A DNA stretch of 63,990 nucleotides, filler included, from Welwitschia mirabilis (taxonomy: Eukaryota), in assembly GCA_051453625.1 (NCBI GenBank). It is 5 parts of one record of this genome, joined end to end, with 100 filler letters (N's around TTAATTAATTAA, not from the genome) between each part and the next. Parts side by side here need not be neighbours in the genome. Positions count along the whole stretch, not along the records: positions 17,015 to 45,271 come from JBOZIK010000001.1; 4 more parts are not named here. One strand, given 5' to 3'. Below the pieces are notes generated by a model, which had not been told where the DNA came from, searched no databases, and saw only the letters and a program-made list of their open reading frames with translations. A program made the translations under genes and the position numbers. Shown piece after piece: positions 22,450 through 34,919 of the stretch (the stretch's first letter is position 1; the number at the start of each line of letters is the position of its first letter).

Positions 22450-25400
22450 GATTTGCTATGCAAATCCTTTACAGTAATGCTTAGGAAAGAAAGAAAACAA
22501 CAGATGAAGTGATTTCTGACTCCATGTTTTGTTGGAGCAACAAACAAGCTCAAACAATGGAAATGACTTTAGTTCCAAAGCTTGAACTAGAAATAATAGT
22601 AACAAAATGAAACATCTAGAAATTTTGATAGAAGGTTTCACTATACAAATGAAATTTCTACGCAAATCATATAAAAAAGTTAGCACAAGGAGGTTTTAGA
22701 GAAAATAGCAGAATTGGAATCAAAGATTGAAACCTCATCTAAAACATGAGCTGCAAAAAGAGAGAGCAAATTGTGGAAGACAATCTTTCGAATGTTAGTC
22801 TTGTGGTCACAAAAATCCTAAAAGAAGTACAAGAGAAATATGAAAAGGAATTGAACCTACAAGGAGTTGGAGTCTCATAAAAAGAACATAAAAACACTAC
22901 TGAGGAAATTTTAAAGCTTATAGAAGAAAAATTTCTCATCATAAATCAACCCATTCTTGAAGCATATAGGGCAAGTCATAAGGGGAACAAGCTTTGTCAT
23001 GTTATTATCATATTTAATGATGCCAGAGTGAGAGAAACATTTGTGACAATGGATGCAATGTTAAAAGAGGGAAACTATGGCTTAATAGATACCTCACGTG
23101 AAAGGAACTAGCAAAGAAAAGAGGAAATGAAAAAAGGTTAAAAAAGTGAGAAAAGAAACAAAAGTTGTTTATTTAAATGCAAAATATATTGTTGTTAATA
23201 AATAATAGACTAAACATGAATTTGAACCTTTGCGATGCATATTTTTGAATATTATGACTTTATAGTAGATAACACTACCAGCCTTCATAAAATTTCATTT
23301 TTTGATAGGTACCATACTTTTGTATTATAGAGACTTGCATAGCTAAAAAATCTCCAAACATGTTTGTTTCATATTTTTGTTTCTTCACCTAAGAAAATAA
23401 AAGAAGATCGAGAGCAATCACTTAGAAGTTTAATTCATAATTCTCTTTGATGATGAATTCAAATAGAAAAATTATATGAACATAATCAATATAATTGGCT
23501 GGTAATAATCCAATGGAAATTAGTTCATATTTTTGGTTGATAATAATGCGATAGAAATTAATTTTATTCTTAGCTTTTAGTTACTTTTTTGTAAGAGAAC
23601 CACTTTATATGAATGAGAAGCTTTATTACGAGATTTTCATTTTCAATTTGTTGGCATGAATATTGCCTCGTTTAATCAGATAGGAGGAATACACATCTTT
23701 GGTGATTTCAATGCTAGAAATGATTTGGAATAATTTCCTATTAGTTGTTGGAATCCTTAAGGTTTTTTGAAATATGAGAAGAATGCAAAATGAGATGGAT
23801 CCTTCAAGGAGAAACAACTTAACTATAGGGATAAGCATTTGTTAAAACGGGAATAAGGACTAAACTTGCTTGTTTTGAATGCCATAAGTAAATATCTAGA
23901 ATTTGGTAGCTTCATTTTTGTAGGACCTCAAGGCTGTTCCAACATTAATTTTGTAATTTCTGGTCCTCAGAATGTTGACACAATTACATGTTTCAAGGTA
24001 TATGAAGAAGTAATTGAAAACTTGTCATCGTCCCTTATGCTTCATGATATTATTGAGGCATAATATACTAGATATTCCAAAACACAATACTTTTTTAGAA
24101 TAATAATAATAAAAAAAGCAAATGTTTTAAGATCAAATTCAAAAGAATTGGAATCCAAATGTACATTTTATAAAAACTATACTTGCAATATTACTCATGT
24201 TTTTGAAGGACAAAACATAAAGGATTAGAGTGGTTTGATGAAGACTGCAAAATAGATATAATTTTCCAAAAGACTCAAAAGATGCTAGAGGAAATAAAAT
24301 CATACAAAAATATGATTCATACAAAAAATAAATTATTTATTAAGTAGTGACAAACTAGTTTACTTATCCTAACACATTACCTCAATGGTAAAGTTAGGAC
24401 ATCCTGAACCTAGGGGTCTTGGGTTCAAACGTTTGCACTGGTAGGGGAGCATAGTTTGAATATTCAAACTCCCATGCTGGCAATGGAGCACAGATGAAGT
24501 TTGCATAGGCCTAAATTCCATCAAGTGTTTGTGCGACACAATCTACCTACTTCACCTTACCTTTAAAAAAAAATGGCTAGTTTACTTTGGATACCATGGA
24601 AAAAGCCAAGATGTTTTTTTTCTTTACTCCAAAAAAATAAGAGAGAAAAACATGCATTTTCTTTTAAAGATATTCAAAACATCTATCAAGTCTTATGTTA
24701 GAGCAATGAAGAGATGAAACAGTTTCATAGTGATAATATTACACTATTCATTTCTTTTTAACACAATGCAAGGTATTTAAAGACTAACATCAAGTAGAGA
24801 TACTAATGTAGATAACTAATATGTAGAAATGCGTAAATGAGATGGATCATTCGTATGAGATGCAATCTAAAAGAAATTCAATTTAGTTGCATAAGCTAGG
24901 TTAGAAAAGAATGACGTATTAATAAGGCAGTTATGCTTTTAAAAAAGGAGATATGATTGATTTAAATAACTATAGGTTGATTGTGATCAATAATATTTAT
25001 ACCAAGCAAGAATGCATGTATAAAGTAATATGGAAGTTCAACCATTTAAACATAGACCATCTCATCACTTTAAATATTTTATTAATAAAGCAAAGGTATG
25101 CATAAGACAACTTTTATTTGCTTTATCTGCTTTTTTGAGACATATGATTCTATTAGCTGAGGCAAGTTATGGAGGCGCTTTTGCAACTTAAAATCTCTAA
25201 CAACATTACTCTTTGCAATTAAAAAAACTTTATAAAGAAGTTTTTGTCCAACTTAGAGATGCCAAGAAAGTATTTTATTTTACAGTTTTATTGGTGTAAA
25301 ACAAGTATACCCTCTTTTTCCAACCCTCTTTGGATTATTTATTGATGAAATTGAAGATTGAATGTGTAAACTACTAACTAAATATGTAATTACAATTGGA

Positions 25401-26516
25401 GACAATCTTCTAAAACTTTTATTGTATGCTAACGATATTATCCTACATTCTAACTTAAGAGATGGAATACAACAAATGCTTGATACTCTTGATGATCTTT
25501 CTTAGTTTTCAGTAATTAAATTTAAACGTACATAAAACCAAAGTCATGGTGTCCGAGAGTGTAATAATGATTATAGTTTTACTATAGGAACTAAGCATTT
25601 GGAGATAACTTCCTCTTACAAATACCTTGGTCTAAAATACTAATGCATTTATAAGAGAAACAAATGCATTCCTCAAAGAGTTATAAGTGGAATGTGAGCC
25701 TTGTTTTCCTTGAAAAACACATGTAAGAAAGAATATATGTTAGTTTGGGAAATTAAAATAAGCTATATCATGCTATTATTTAATAAATTATTCTTTATGG
25801 ACATGTTGTTTGGGGTCTTGGTCTAGCAAATAAATACTAGAGAAACATAGAAGAAATTTAGAAGTTATTCTTATTAGAGGAATTGAAAGGAAACAATAAA
25901 TGTAATGCGATATCATGTTACTTGTAGTAGATACTTGTAGTAGAGATGATGGCCTTATAAGTTGAAGCTATTTATCAGTTTATAGCATTTACTCATAATA
26001 TTTTTATGATGATAGTAGAAAATACCAAAAAGAGCGATTTTGATAACCAAAGATGAAGGATGGTTTTTTGATGGAGTTTTATAACTTAATAAATGAAATA
26101 TCCAAGAGCACATTTTCAATTTTGATTCTAAACATGTTTACAAGTTTATGAAATGAAAGGTGCTTTAAAAGCCTCAGGAACACATAGAAGGAAAACAATG
26201 TTTCTACCTAAACATCATCAGAGGAGGTCTTAATCTAAAGACAAATTATTTAATTGTTACTAAACCTTAAAATTTGCGATGCATAATTAGAAGAGCAAGA
26301 ATGAGTTATCATCATTTGAGAGTTGAAAAGGTAGATGACTTTAGATTCCTCGAGAAGAATGGAACTATCAACTATGTAATCAAAACACTATTGAAGAAGA
26401 ATACCAAATTTTATTATAGTGTTTTGCACTTAAGCACATATGGCATAATTAACATATTATAGTCATTACTCTAAGTGATTTATTGTAAATTATACCACAA
26501 ACACTTGGCAACTTTA
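22450..26516 (+). mobile_element. Near full-length decayed LINE: ORF1 (coiled coil + RRM-like), APE endonuclease, RT, CCHC
   Basis: ORF1 reads KIAELESKIE..KELNLQGVG..ILEAYRA..HVIIIF..LKEGN. APE reads LLVLNA..GSFIFVGPQGCSNINFVI. RT reads FKKGDMIDLNNYRLI, IDHLITL, LLYANDIIL, KTKVMV, YKYLGL and LYGHVVWG. The C-terminus reads HHLRVEK..IPREEW..LC....IEEEYQILL*C. The 3' end is cut by the LTR at about 26517. Confidence 0.85.
24366..24576 (+). mobile_element. tRNA-derived SINE, copy 2, inserted in the LINE
   Basis: 11-bp TSD ctagtttactt (24355-24365 and 24577-24587). A-box-like TACCTCAATGG, B-box-like GGTTCAAAC and an A tail. Homologous to 21078-21271. Confidence 0.85.
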
Positions 26517-27457
26517 TGTTGATTGACGAGGATAAATTTTGATGTGAATACTACTTATTATTTTCATTATCTTTATTATGCATTTTAAATAACAATAGAT
26601 GTCTTTCTTTATCAGTATAGTATTAATAAGTTAGTCAGTTAGTATGTTAGTTAGTTAGTATGTTAGTAGGTTAGTATATATATTTTATTATTATGTTTCA
26701 AGTACAGGATGCCATGTGGCATGAAGATGAAAGCGAAGGTTAAGGTGCAGAAAAGCACTACAATCTTAACCATGTACCTATTCCTAAGAAGTAAAGAATG
26801 AAAATAGAAAAACAAACAAGGGTATAAGAATGGGATCACCACTAAAGATTGGGATCTTTTTGGCAAAACATTCTAGGAATAGACTAAGGAAGAAGGTTAA
26901 GGAAGGGAGCTCTAACTATCCTACAAAGAGTGCAGTAGCATTTCCCATATTCTAAAGTGTTACCTGCAGAGGAGAATACATGCCTTAGTGCATCTTTATG
27001 TAACAATTGGTATTTCAATATTTCAATATCATCGTGTGCATGTTCAATTACTTAAAAAATAAATATTATTTCTATTTGCTCCTGTTTATGCAGCTAAACA
27101 TAAATCAAAAGAATTAACAGTACCTAGAAATAAGTATTATCTAGTAATTCATTTAATTTCTCTCATGTTTTATTACTTTCTTAATTCTCCCTTGTTATAA
27201 TATATTTACATACTAACTTAGCAGTAAGAAACCAACCTGACTAGTTGAAGTAACTTCATCATGAGATTATTTTGATGATTCATTTTGAACTAAATGGTTA
27301 AATCTCAACTAGTTCTCTAGTAAGCCTTTGGTTATTTTTATTTAATGATGTGAGCTTATTTTAGGTTTACAGCAATACAATTTCTGCATTATTTCAGAAT
27401 TATTTTATATTATTTTGTGATATTTTCTGCACTTATTTCACCACATAAGCACCCATC
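26517..27457 (+). repeat. 5' LTR of a Ty3/gypsy element
   Basis: TG..CA ends. Followed by the PBS-like ttagcactagaaggaggg (compare TGGCGCTAGAAGGAGGG of non-chromovirus gypsy elements). An inverted homologue lies at 33799-34728. Confidence 0.8.
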
Positions 27458-27899
27458 ATTTTAGCACTAGAAGGAGGGCCACTCTAAAATTAACTAGTGG
27501 AGATGACAAAAACTATGATCTAACAAGATAACTAAGGAAAATGGTGAGATGAAAGAGGTAGGTATGTTAGAAACCTGCATAAATATGGTCTAGATGAGTG
27601 GATTGGAAATAATGTTAAAATAAAAGTAGAAGAACAAAATTTTATAGAAGACGAAGTCACCCTTGGAAATGTGGTAAAGGAACAAATCTTTTCCGAATTG
27701 ATGAATGAATTTGAGCAATGATTGTGTAACATTCTTGCATCATCTTAGTTACAAAGAAAATCTTCTCAAATTGTTTAGGTAAAAAGGTTTGAAAAGAAAG
27801 TTGTAATAGGATGCTATTGGGAAGATGATAGATATTTAAGCCCATTAAAACATGATACTCATTGGTTTTAAGATTTAAATTTTAATATTGAAATCCTAT

Positions 27900-30800
27900 T
27901 AATCCTATAGTCTTACAACAACCAGACAAAGCAAGAAACATAAATACTACCACAATACCCGCTTTTAAAGGTAAAAAGTTCAAAGAACCCCTAGTACATC
28001 TACGCTTGTTTGATGCCTTTTGTAAAGCTAACTATCTTGACTCGAAACCTAACTTTCTGAGATATTTTCCTTTTTTTCTAAAAGGAGATGCTTAACTATG
28101 ATATCATAGGAATTTTAATCATGCTTTTAGTTTATGGAAAACTCTTAATAATGCTTTCCTATCCAAATTTCAACCCATGAGGATGGTTGAAGATCTAAGA
28201 AAACAAATCTTGAACATTAAACAAAGAGATAATGAAAGATTTGATGAGTTCATAGACAAATATAACATATTGTTGCAGTGTATATTTGTGCAAGCTTTTA
28301 CATTCAAAGAGATCCTATCATTAATAATCAAAATAAATATTTTGTATAATACATCATACTAGTATAATAGGAGTAGACCCGAAATGTCGTATCTCATTGA
28401 AGTCTATGCATATGAGACTTAGGTTGCTTAGTAAAAGAATAAGAACTAGAAATAAATGATAAATGCAAGGAAATACATTACAATGCAAAATGCAATATGC
28501 AATCTAAACTAACATGCAATACAAAAATAACCCTAGCTTTACTTGCTTTCAGCCTTAACAGAGGCTACCCTTGGTGATCTATGGCACCAAATAAATTTTC
28601 ACCAAATCAAGGGCAATAATAAACTATAAGGGTAATCAAAAAATCTAAGATGCAAATATGAAAAGAAAACCAAGTTTTATATTAAAAGAAAAACAACATC
28701 TGAGTTACAAAATAGCTGGGTCTCAATGAAGGATGCATGGACCTCCACGAAGTGCTTGTTTTTCTGCAACACATGTAGATGAATCTCCTTCTCTTCAATC
28801 TCCTGTCATAAGAATGTCCAGTGCAATGAAGATTAGAAGGAGAGTTGGGTGGAAGGGGGTTCTTATTTATAAGAAACTATAGCATAAAAAGGACAAACGG
28901 TAGGCATGGTCAGATGCATTCATAAATGACTTAGAAACAAATAAAATGATTAAGGAAATCTATCCAAGTCGGTTACATGTCATTGTTATCTGGGATTTTG
29001 TCCGAATGACCATGGGGATAATAGTACATTATAAAATATTCTAAAAAATGATAACTCAGTAGTCCACATTAGTAGTCATCATCCTACCTCTCGTGTAGAC
29101 GATGAAGAAGATGACGATGTTCTTTGATTATTTTCTAGAGGAGAAACTAGCATTTTTATCATGAATCCTTCTTAAAAGCTTTATTCATCAAAAAGTGCCT
29201 TTAATGCATCAAATTTGGGTAAGAATAGCACTTTTCTAAGATTTCCTTTTGTATCTCTAAAATCCTCAAAATTGCATCTAAACCTATATATAAGTCTTAT
29301 GAAACAACTCATAAAACCGCATCAAATAACCATAAATTGGTAGTGCAACACATATTATTGGCTAAATGTCCTAATCATGGAATCACATCTAGGGAATGAG
29401 TTAGAGACTTACTTAGAGGATTTCAAAATCAAACATTAAAATAGTTAAACTTGTTATGTAGAGAAAGCATACAGACAAAGAATGTCTAAGAAGTGGGAGA
29501 AGCCATAACACAGTTTTATAACATGAGTTAAGGATGGGTCATGCAAATAAAACAAAGAAAAAGGTAAATAAAGTATGTACCTAAGAAGAAAATGGTAGTG
29601 TGTATAGCCTAAAACATATCAGCCTTATGAAAGAAGTACCTAAAAAAATAACTGATAGTATGGTAGAAAAATTTGATTGGTTAGCTCTGCAACAGTTTAA
29701 GGGGAAGAAGGACATATGTGTGAATACTGTGAAGAAGATAATCATAATGAAACAAAATATCCTTGGATGAAAGAATTTTTTCAACGACTAAATATTAATA
29801 GATTTGATTTAAATTCTAGAGATCAACCTCAAACTAGAAAGAAACCATATCCTTACCAAAGTAGAAAATAGAAAATTAAAATAGAAAGGCATTTACAAAG
29901 GTAGGTAAATTTAAAAAGGAAAAAACAATATGATTATTATAGAACTTAGGAAAATAGAGATTTAAAAAACTAGAGAGGAAAAACAAAAATAGAGAAACAT
30001 AAGGAAAAATCTTTACTCAACCTTAACCGAATCCTAGAGAAGAAATAAGTAAGGCAATAACTACCAGATCTGGAAAATAGAAAGTGACATATGAATCACA
30101 AAGAAAGAATACTAATTCAACCAACTCCCTCAATAAAGAAGAAAAAGAGATTAAAAGAAAAACAATGGATGATGCATTAGCATATTTTTTACCTTTTCCA
30201 TGATAAGTAAACAAATAGAACATCCAAAAGTTAAAAAAGGATATAGAATATTTAACAAGAATATTAAAAGACATGAAAATATCATTACCTCTTTTAAATT
30301 TATTGAAAGATATGCTTATGTGCTTGAAACGAATGAAGAGCATGTGTTTAAAATAGAAGAGTAAAAAAGAAAGCAAGAAGGGGAAAAAATTAAAATTATA
30401 AGGAAAGATTAAGTTTCTTGAGCTTTCATGAATGTTCTTTAAAATAAATAATATAAAAAGTATAGTGATCTTGGAACACCTATGATAGACATAAAAGTTG
30501 ATGGAAACTCAAAGTAAAAGCACTCGTGGATCCTAGAGCAAGTATTAATGTTATAACCTATGAAACTTAAGTAGAATTGGGTAAGCCAAAACTAATACCT
30601 TACTAAGGAAAAGTTTACTTAGCAAATGGCTTAGCAATTATGCTAAAAGGAGTTATAAAGGATATACCCATTGAACTCCAAGGTTTTATCTAGTTGATAG
30701 ATTCATTGGCAATGAAAAATCAAGGAGATACTCATGTAGTGATTCTAGGAAGATCTTGAAGGGCTACTATAGATGCTACTATTTATTCTAAGAGAGGGGT

Positions 30801-31090
30801 AATAGAAATCAGTCTAGGAGATCTTAAAAAAGAGATTAAACTTTTTGATGTAGTTGTTGTTGAAGAAATGGCACAAAACATAGAAGCAAAGACCAATGTA
30901 ATTCTAACACAAGAAGTTAATATGATGCTAAATAAAATAAAATTAGAAAAAATACAAGGAGGAAGATTTGACAGCTTAAAAGGTAGAAAAGCCTCCACAT
31001 AAGAAAGGGCTAGAGTATATCAAAGTAGATCCTAGTAGACATCTAATCATAAACAATAGTTTAACTCATTCTTAGAAAAGAAAATCTTAC
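27900..31090 (+). mobile_element. Degenerate gypsy gag-protease, interrupted by a solo LTR and truncated at a TRIM
   Basis: PAFKGKKFKEPLVHLRLF, LRYFPFFLKGDA, AFLSKF..LRKQILNIKQRDNERF, and protease ALVDPRASINV and VILGRS. Confidence 0.8.
28321..29377 (-). repeat. Probable Athila-like solo LTR inserted in gag
   Basis: Non-coding block interrupting gag. The minus strand starts TGATTAGGACATTTAG and contains TATAAATA and GATACGAC motifs. No clean TSD. Confidence 0.5.
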
Positions 31091-31097
31091 AAGGATA

Positions 31098-31404
31098 TGC
31101 TGGTCTCTTTACCATTACACCAAAAGCTATGATTTAGATGGAAATTGAAACCCATCATATTTACCCTTTTGTCGAGCTGGGCATGAGAACCGCATACCCA
31201 ACAATCTCCCCTTCGATCCACATGCCAAGTGCTCACATGAACCAAGAAGCCACCAAGGAGACTCGAACGTAGGACCAACCAATAACCATGGATCTAATAC
31301 CAATTGTTGGTCCCCTTACCATCACACCAAAGACTTAGGTGGAAACTAGAACCCTTTATATTTATCCACTTATCAGGATAGGCATAAGAAGCACATACCC
31401 AACA
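31098..31404 (-). mobile_element. TRIM (terminal-repeat retrotransposon in miniature)
   Basis: Two homologous LTRs of about 100 bp with TG..CA ends (31098-31203 and 31305-31404). iMet PBS-like TGGTATTAGATC (31291-31302), PPT AAGGGGAGAT (31204-31213) and a non-coding interior of about 100 bp. Confidence 0.88.
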
Positions 31405-33798
31405 ATTGGGTAATAGTAAAAAATTGCAAACTTTTAATTGTATTTCATTAAAGGATCTACAATGTATCGTCCTTTTTAGAAAGGTATAGCAATCAGAGTT
31501 TGTTGTAGGCCTTAGAATATTTAATTCAAAATATGATTCCTATAGCATTACTTATTGGTTTACACCTTTCTTTTTCTCTTTTTTTATATCATACATTTAC
31601 AATTGATTTATAGCTCTTGTTTTACATTTATAATGATTTACGGAGTCCAAATTTGGAATGCAGATCTAAAAACATAGATCTAAAACATAACGAATGGAGA
31701 TGAGATGGTGATGAAGAACATTATTTTAGGATTTACCTGAGCTTTGATGATGGTGTTCTGAGAATATCCATGAGAGTATTATAGGAGAAGTACAGTCTTA
31801 TCAAGATTAATGGCTTTGAAGATCAGCATTCTACTCTAGTGAATGACGATTAATTATATAGTTTACATTTGTGCTATTTCATTAGTTTATTTTTCAACAC
31901 TGCTAAGTTTGGATGCAATACTTTCACTACTTGCAAAACTAATAATGTTGAATATTCTTCACTTTGATTATAAAGCTATTTGTCCTTGAAAGAAAGGTCT
32001 CCAGTGGATTTGATAGATGAATCTTCTCTTAGGCCTCTCTACACATGGACCCAAGTTACATAGGAGTTAGAATAAAGACATCTAAAAGTATAGTTAAAGA
32101 AAAGAGGAGTGATTGTTCTTCCAAGTTACCACTAGTGCCTTTTCTCTAGCATTATCTCAAATGATAATACCTCTGCAAATAATCTTATGTTTTTTGAAAT
32201 CCCAAAATATCCATTGTAAGAGCTCCATCTACTTTATTAATGTCATCAAAGTAGCNNNNNNNNNNNNNNNNNNNNNNNNNNNNNNNNNNNNNNNNNNNNN
32301 NNNNNNNNNNNNNNNNNNNNNNNNNNNNNNNNNNNNNNNNNNNNNNNNNNNNNNNNNNNNNNNNNNNNNNNNNNNNNNNNNNNNNNNNNNNNNNNNNNNN
32401 NNNNNNNNNNNNNNNNNNNNNNNNNNNNNNNNNNNNNNNNNNNNNNNNNNNNNNNNNNNNNNNNNNNNNNNNNNNNNNNNNNNNNNNNNNNNNNNNNNNN
32501 NNNNNNNNNNNNNNNNNNNNNNNNNNNNNNNNNNNNNNNNNNNNNNNNNNNNNNNNNNNNNNNNNNNNNNNNNNNNNNNNNNNNNNNNNNNNNNNNNNNN
32601 NNNNNNNNNNNNNNNNNNNNNNNNNNNNNNNNNNNNNNNNNNNNNNNNNNNNNNNNNNNNNNNNNNNNNNNNNNNNNNNNNNNNNNNNNNNNNNNNNNNN
32701 NNNNNNNNNNNNNNNNNNNNNNNNNNNNNNNNNNNNNNNNNNNNNNNNNNNNNNNNNNNNNNNNNNNNNNNNNNNNNNNNNNNNNNNNNNNNNNNNNNNN
32801 NNNNNNNNNNNNNNNNNNNNNNNNNNNNNNNNNNNNNNNNNNNNNNNNNNNNNNNNNNNNNNNNNNNNNNNNNNNNNNNNNNNNNNNNNNNNNNNNNNNN
32901 NNNNNNNNNNNNNNNNNNNNNNNNNNNNNNNNNNNNNNNNNNNNNNNNNNNNNNNNNNNNNNNCAAAGTAGCCAAGTAGAGGCCCATAGTTAGCTTCTTA
33001 TAGTAAAATGTTCTAGTAGCTATGATGTATTTCTATTTAAGGCATGCTACATGCCTACAAGTTTCCAAGTTTATAGCCTTTATCTCCAAGCATTAGATTT
33101 AAACCCTAGGGTCACAAAAACACAAAAAAAAAAAAAAAAAAACATGTTTTTAGCTCCATAAAAACAAGTCTATTACTCCATGTAATGTCATCCAAGCATC
33201 ACTTGCATGTTAAATAGACTTAGGCTATAAGATGGTATAAAGATACATTAGCAAAAAGATATTTATGCAATTTGGAATGCCCAATATGTAATTGGCCATA
33301 TAAATAAAATTGTTTCTTTTCTTTTATACATAGCCTTTAGTAATAAACTTTGTACCATTTAGCAAATAATTGTCATGCCTCTTCATTTAATTCATATGAG
33401 TTGAATATTGGTAAGAGTTTATGAGTAGTTTAAATGGGTATGAAAAAGGTATAAGACAAAGTAAATATGTTGGATACATGTAAATAATTTAAAAAAAATG
33501 ATTGTATAAGATAACAAGGGATAATGCAGATATTTCCAAGTTTATAATGATGTAATGCTACATCTAATTATAAATGTAATTTCATATGTATTATTTTCTA
33601 AACTTCAACCCAAGATTTTCTTAGACACATCTATGGTGCCATTTCTAGTTTTCATACAAATGTGAACTCCTAAAAAAACCTAGTCCTTTCAAGCTTGTAA
33701 GGAAAAAAGGAGTTTAGGTGTGCTATATCCAAATAGCATAGTAAGGACCTGAATCATCAACTTGAGTTGATTAGTGATAGATAGGAAAATTGCATCAT

Positions 33799-34728
33799 TG
33801 ATAAGTGCTTATGTAGTGAAATACTTTCAAAAAATGTCATAAAATAATATACAATAATGCTTAAAAAATGTAGAAAGTATGCTACTGTTAACCTAAAATA
33901 ATCTCACACCATTAAATAAAAATAATCAAAGGCTTACTACAGAACTAGTTGAAACTCAAACATTTAGTTCAAAATGCATCATCATAATAGTCTCATGACG
34001 AATTTCGTTGAACTAGTCAGGTTGGTTTATTACTGCTAAGTTACTATGTCCATATGTTATAATAGGGGGAAATGAAGAAAATAGTAAAACATGATAGAAA
34101 TTAGATGAGATGCTAAACAATACTTATTTCTAAGTACTATTAATTATCCTGGTTTAAAAATAATATTACTTTTTCAAGTACTAGAACATGGACAAAATAA
34201 TACTCAAATATGCTTTTTAGCTTTATATTGAAATATCAATTGTTACATAAAGATGCACTAAGGATTGTGTTTTCCTTTGCATCTTACACCTTGGAGTATG
34301 AAAATTGTTGCTATGCCCTTCATAGGATAGCTAGAGCTCCCTTTTTTGATCTTCTTGCTTAGTTTATTCCTAGAAATTTTTGCTGAAAAGATCCTCATCT
34401 TTGGTGGTGATCCTTTTCTTATACCCTTGTTTGTTTTTGATTTCCATTCTTTGATTCTTAGGAATAGGTATATAGTTGAGGTTTTTACTACTTTTTGTTA
34501 CCTTAGCCTCCTCTCACATCTTTATGCCAAATGGCATTCTGTATCTGAAATGCAATAGTAAAATATACACATACTAACATACTAACATGCTGACTAACTA
34601 ACCTATTGATTAGTAAGTATATTGATAAAGAAAAACATCTGTTGTTATTTAAAATGCATAATTAAGATAACAAAAACACTTCATTAATAAGTAAGATTTA
34701 CATCAAAATTTAACATCATCAGTCATCA
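33799..34728 (-). repeat. Solo LTR of the same family as 26517-27457, opposite orientation
   Basis: The reverse complement aligns along the full length (for example tacctattcctaagaa..aaacaaacaagggtataaga and aaccaacctgactagtt). No PBS or internal domain is adjacent. Confidence 0.85.
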
Positions 34729-34919
34729 TACTTTCATGAACAAGAAGATGTAATGTGCCAGTATTATGACCTTAATGGCATAAAGATAAAATATAGAAGA
34801 GGGTGAAAACCAACAAACCCACAGTCATAGTTTATTTTATGTGAAAAGAAGTAAGAAGAAAAAAAAGTATTACAATTTTGGCTACTATAACAAAACACAT
34901 CTTACAAAAACAATGTGCT

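Noticed and set aside
24375..24450. tRNA gene
   Set aside because: It has only decayed A/B boxes with no clear cloverleaf, and the TSD and A tail indicate a SINE head.
32113..32987. Long ORFs in the track (also 43147-43462 and 52783-53465)
   Set aside because: They are open only because they run through N gaps.
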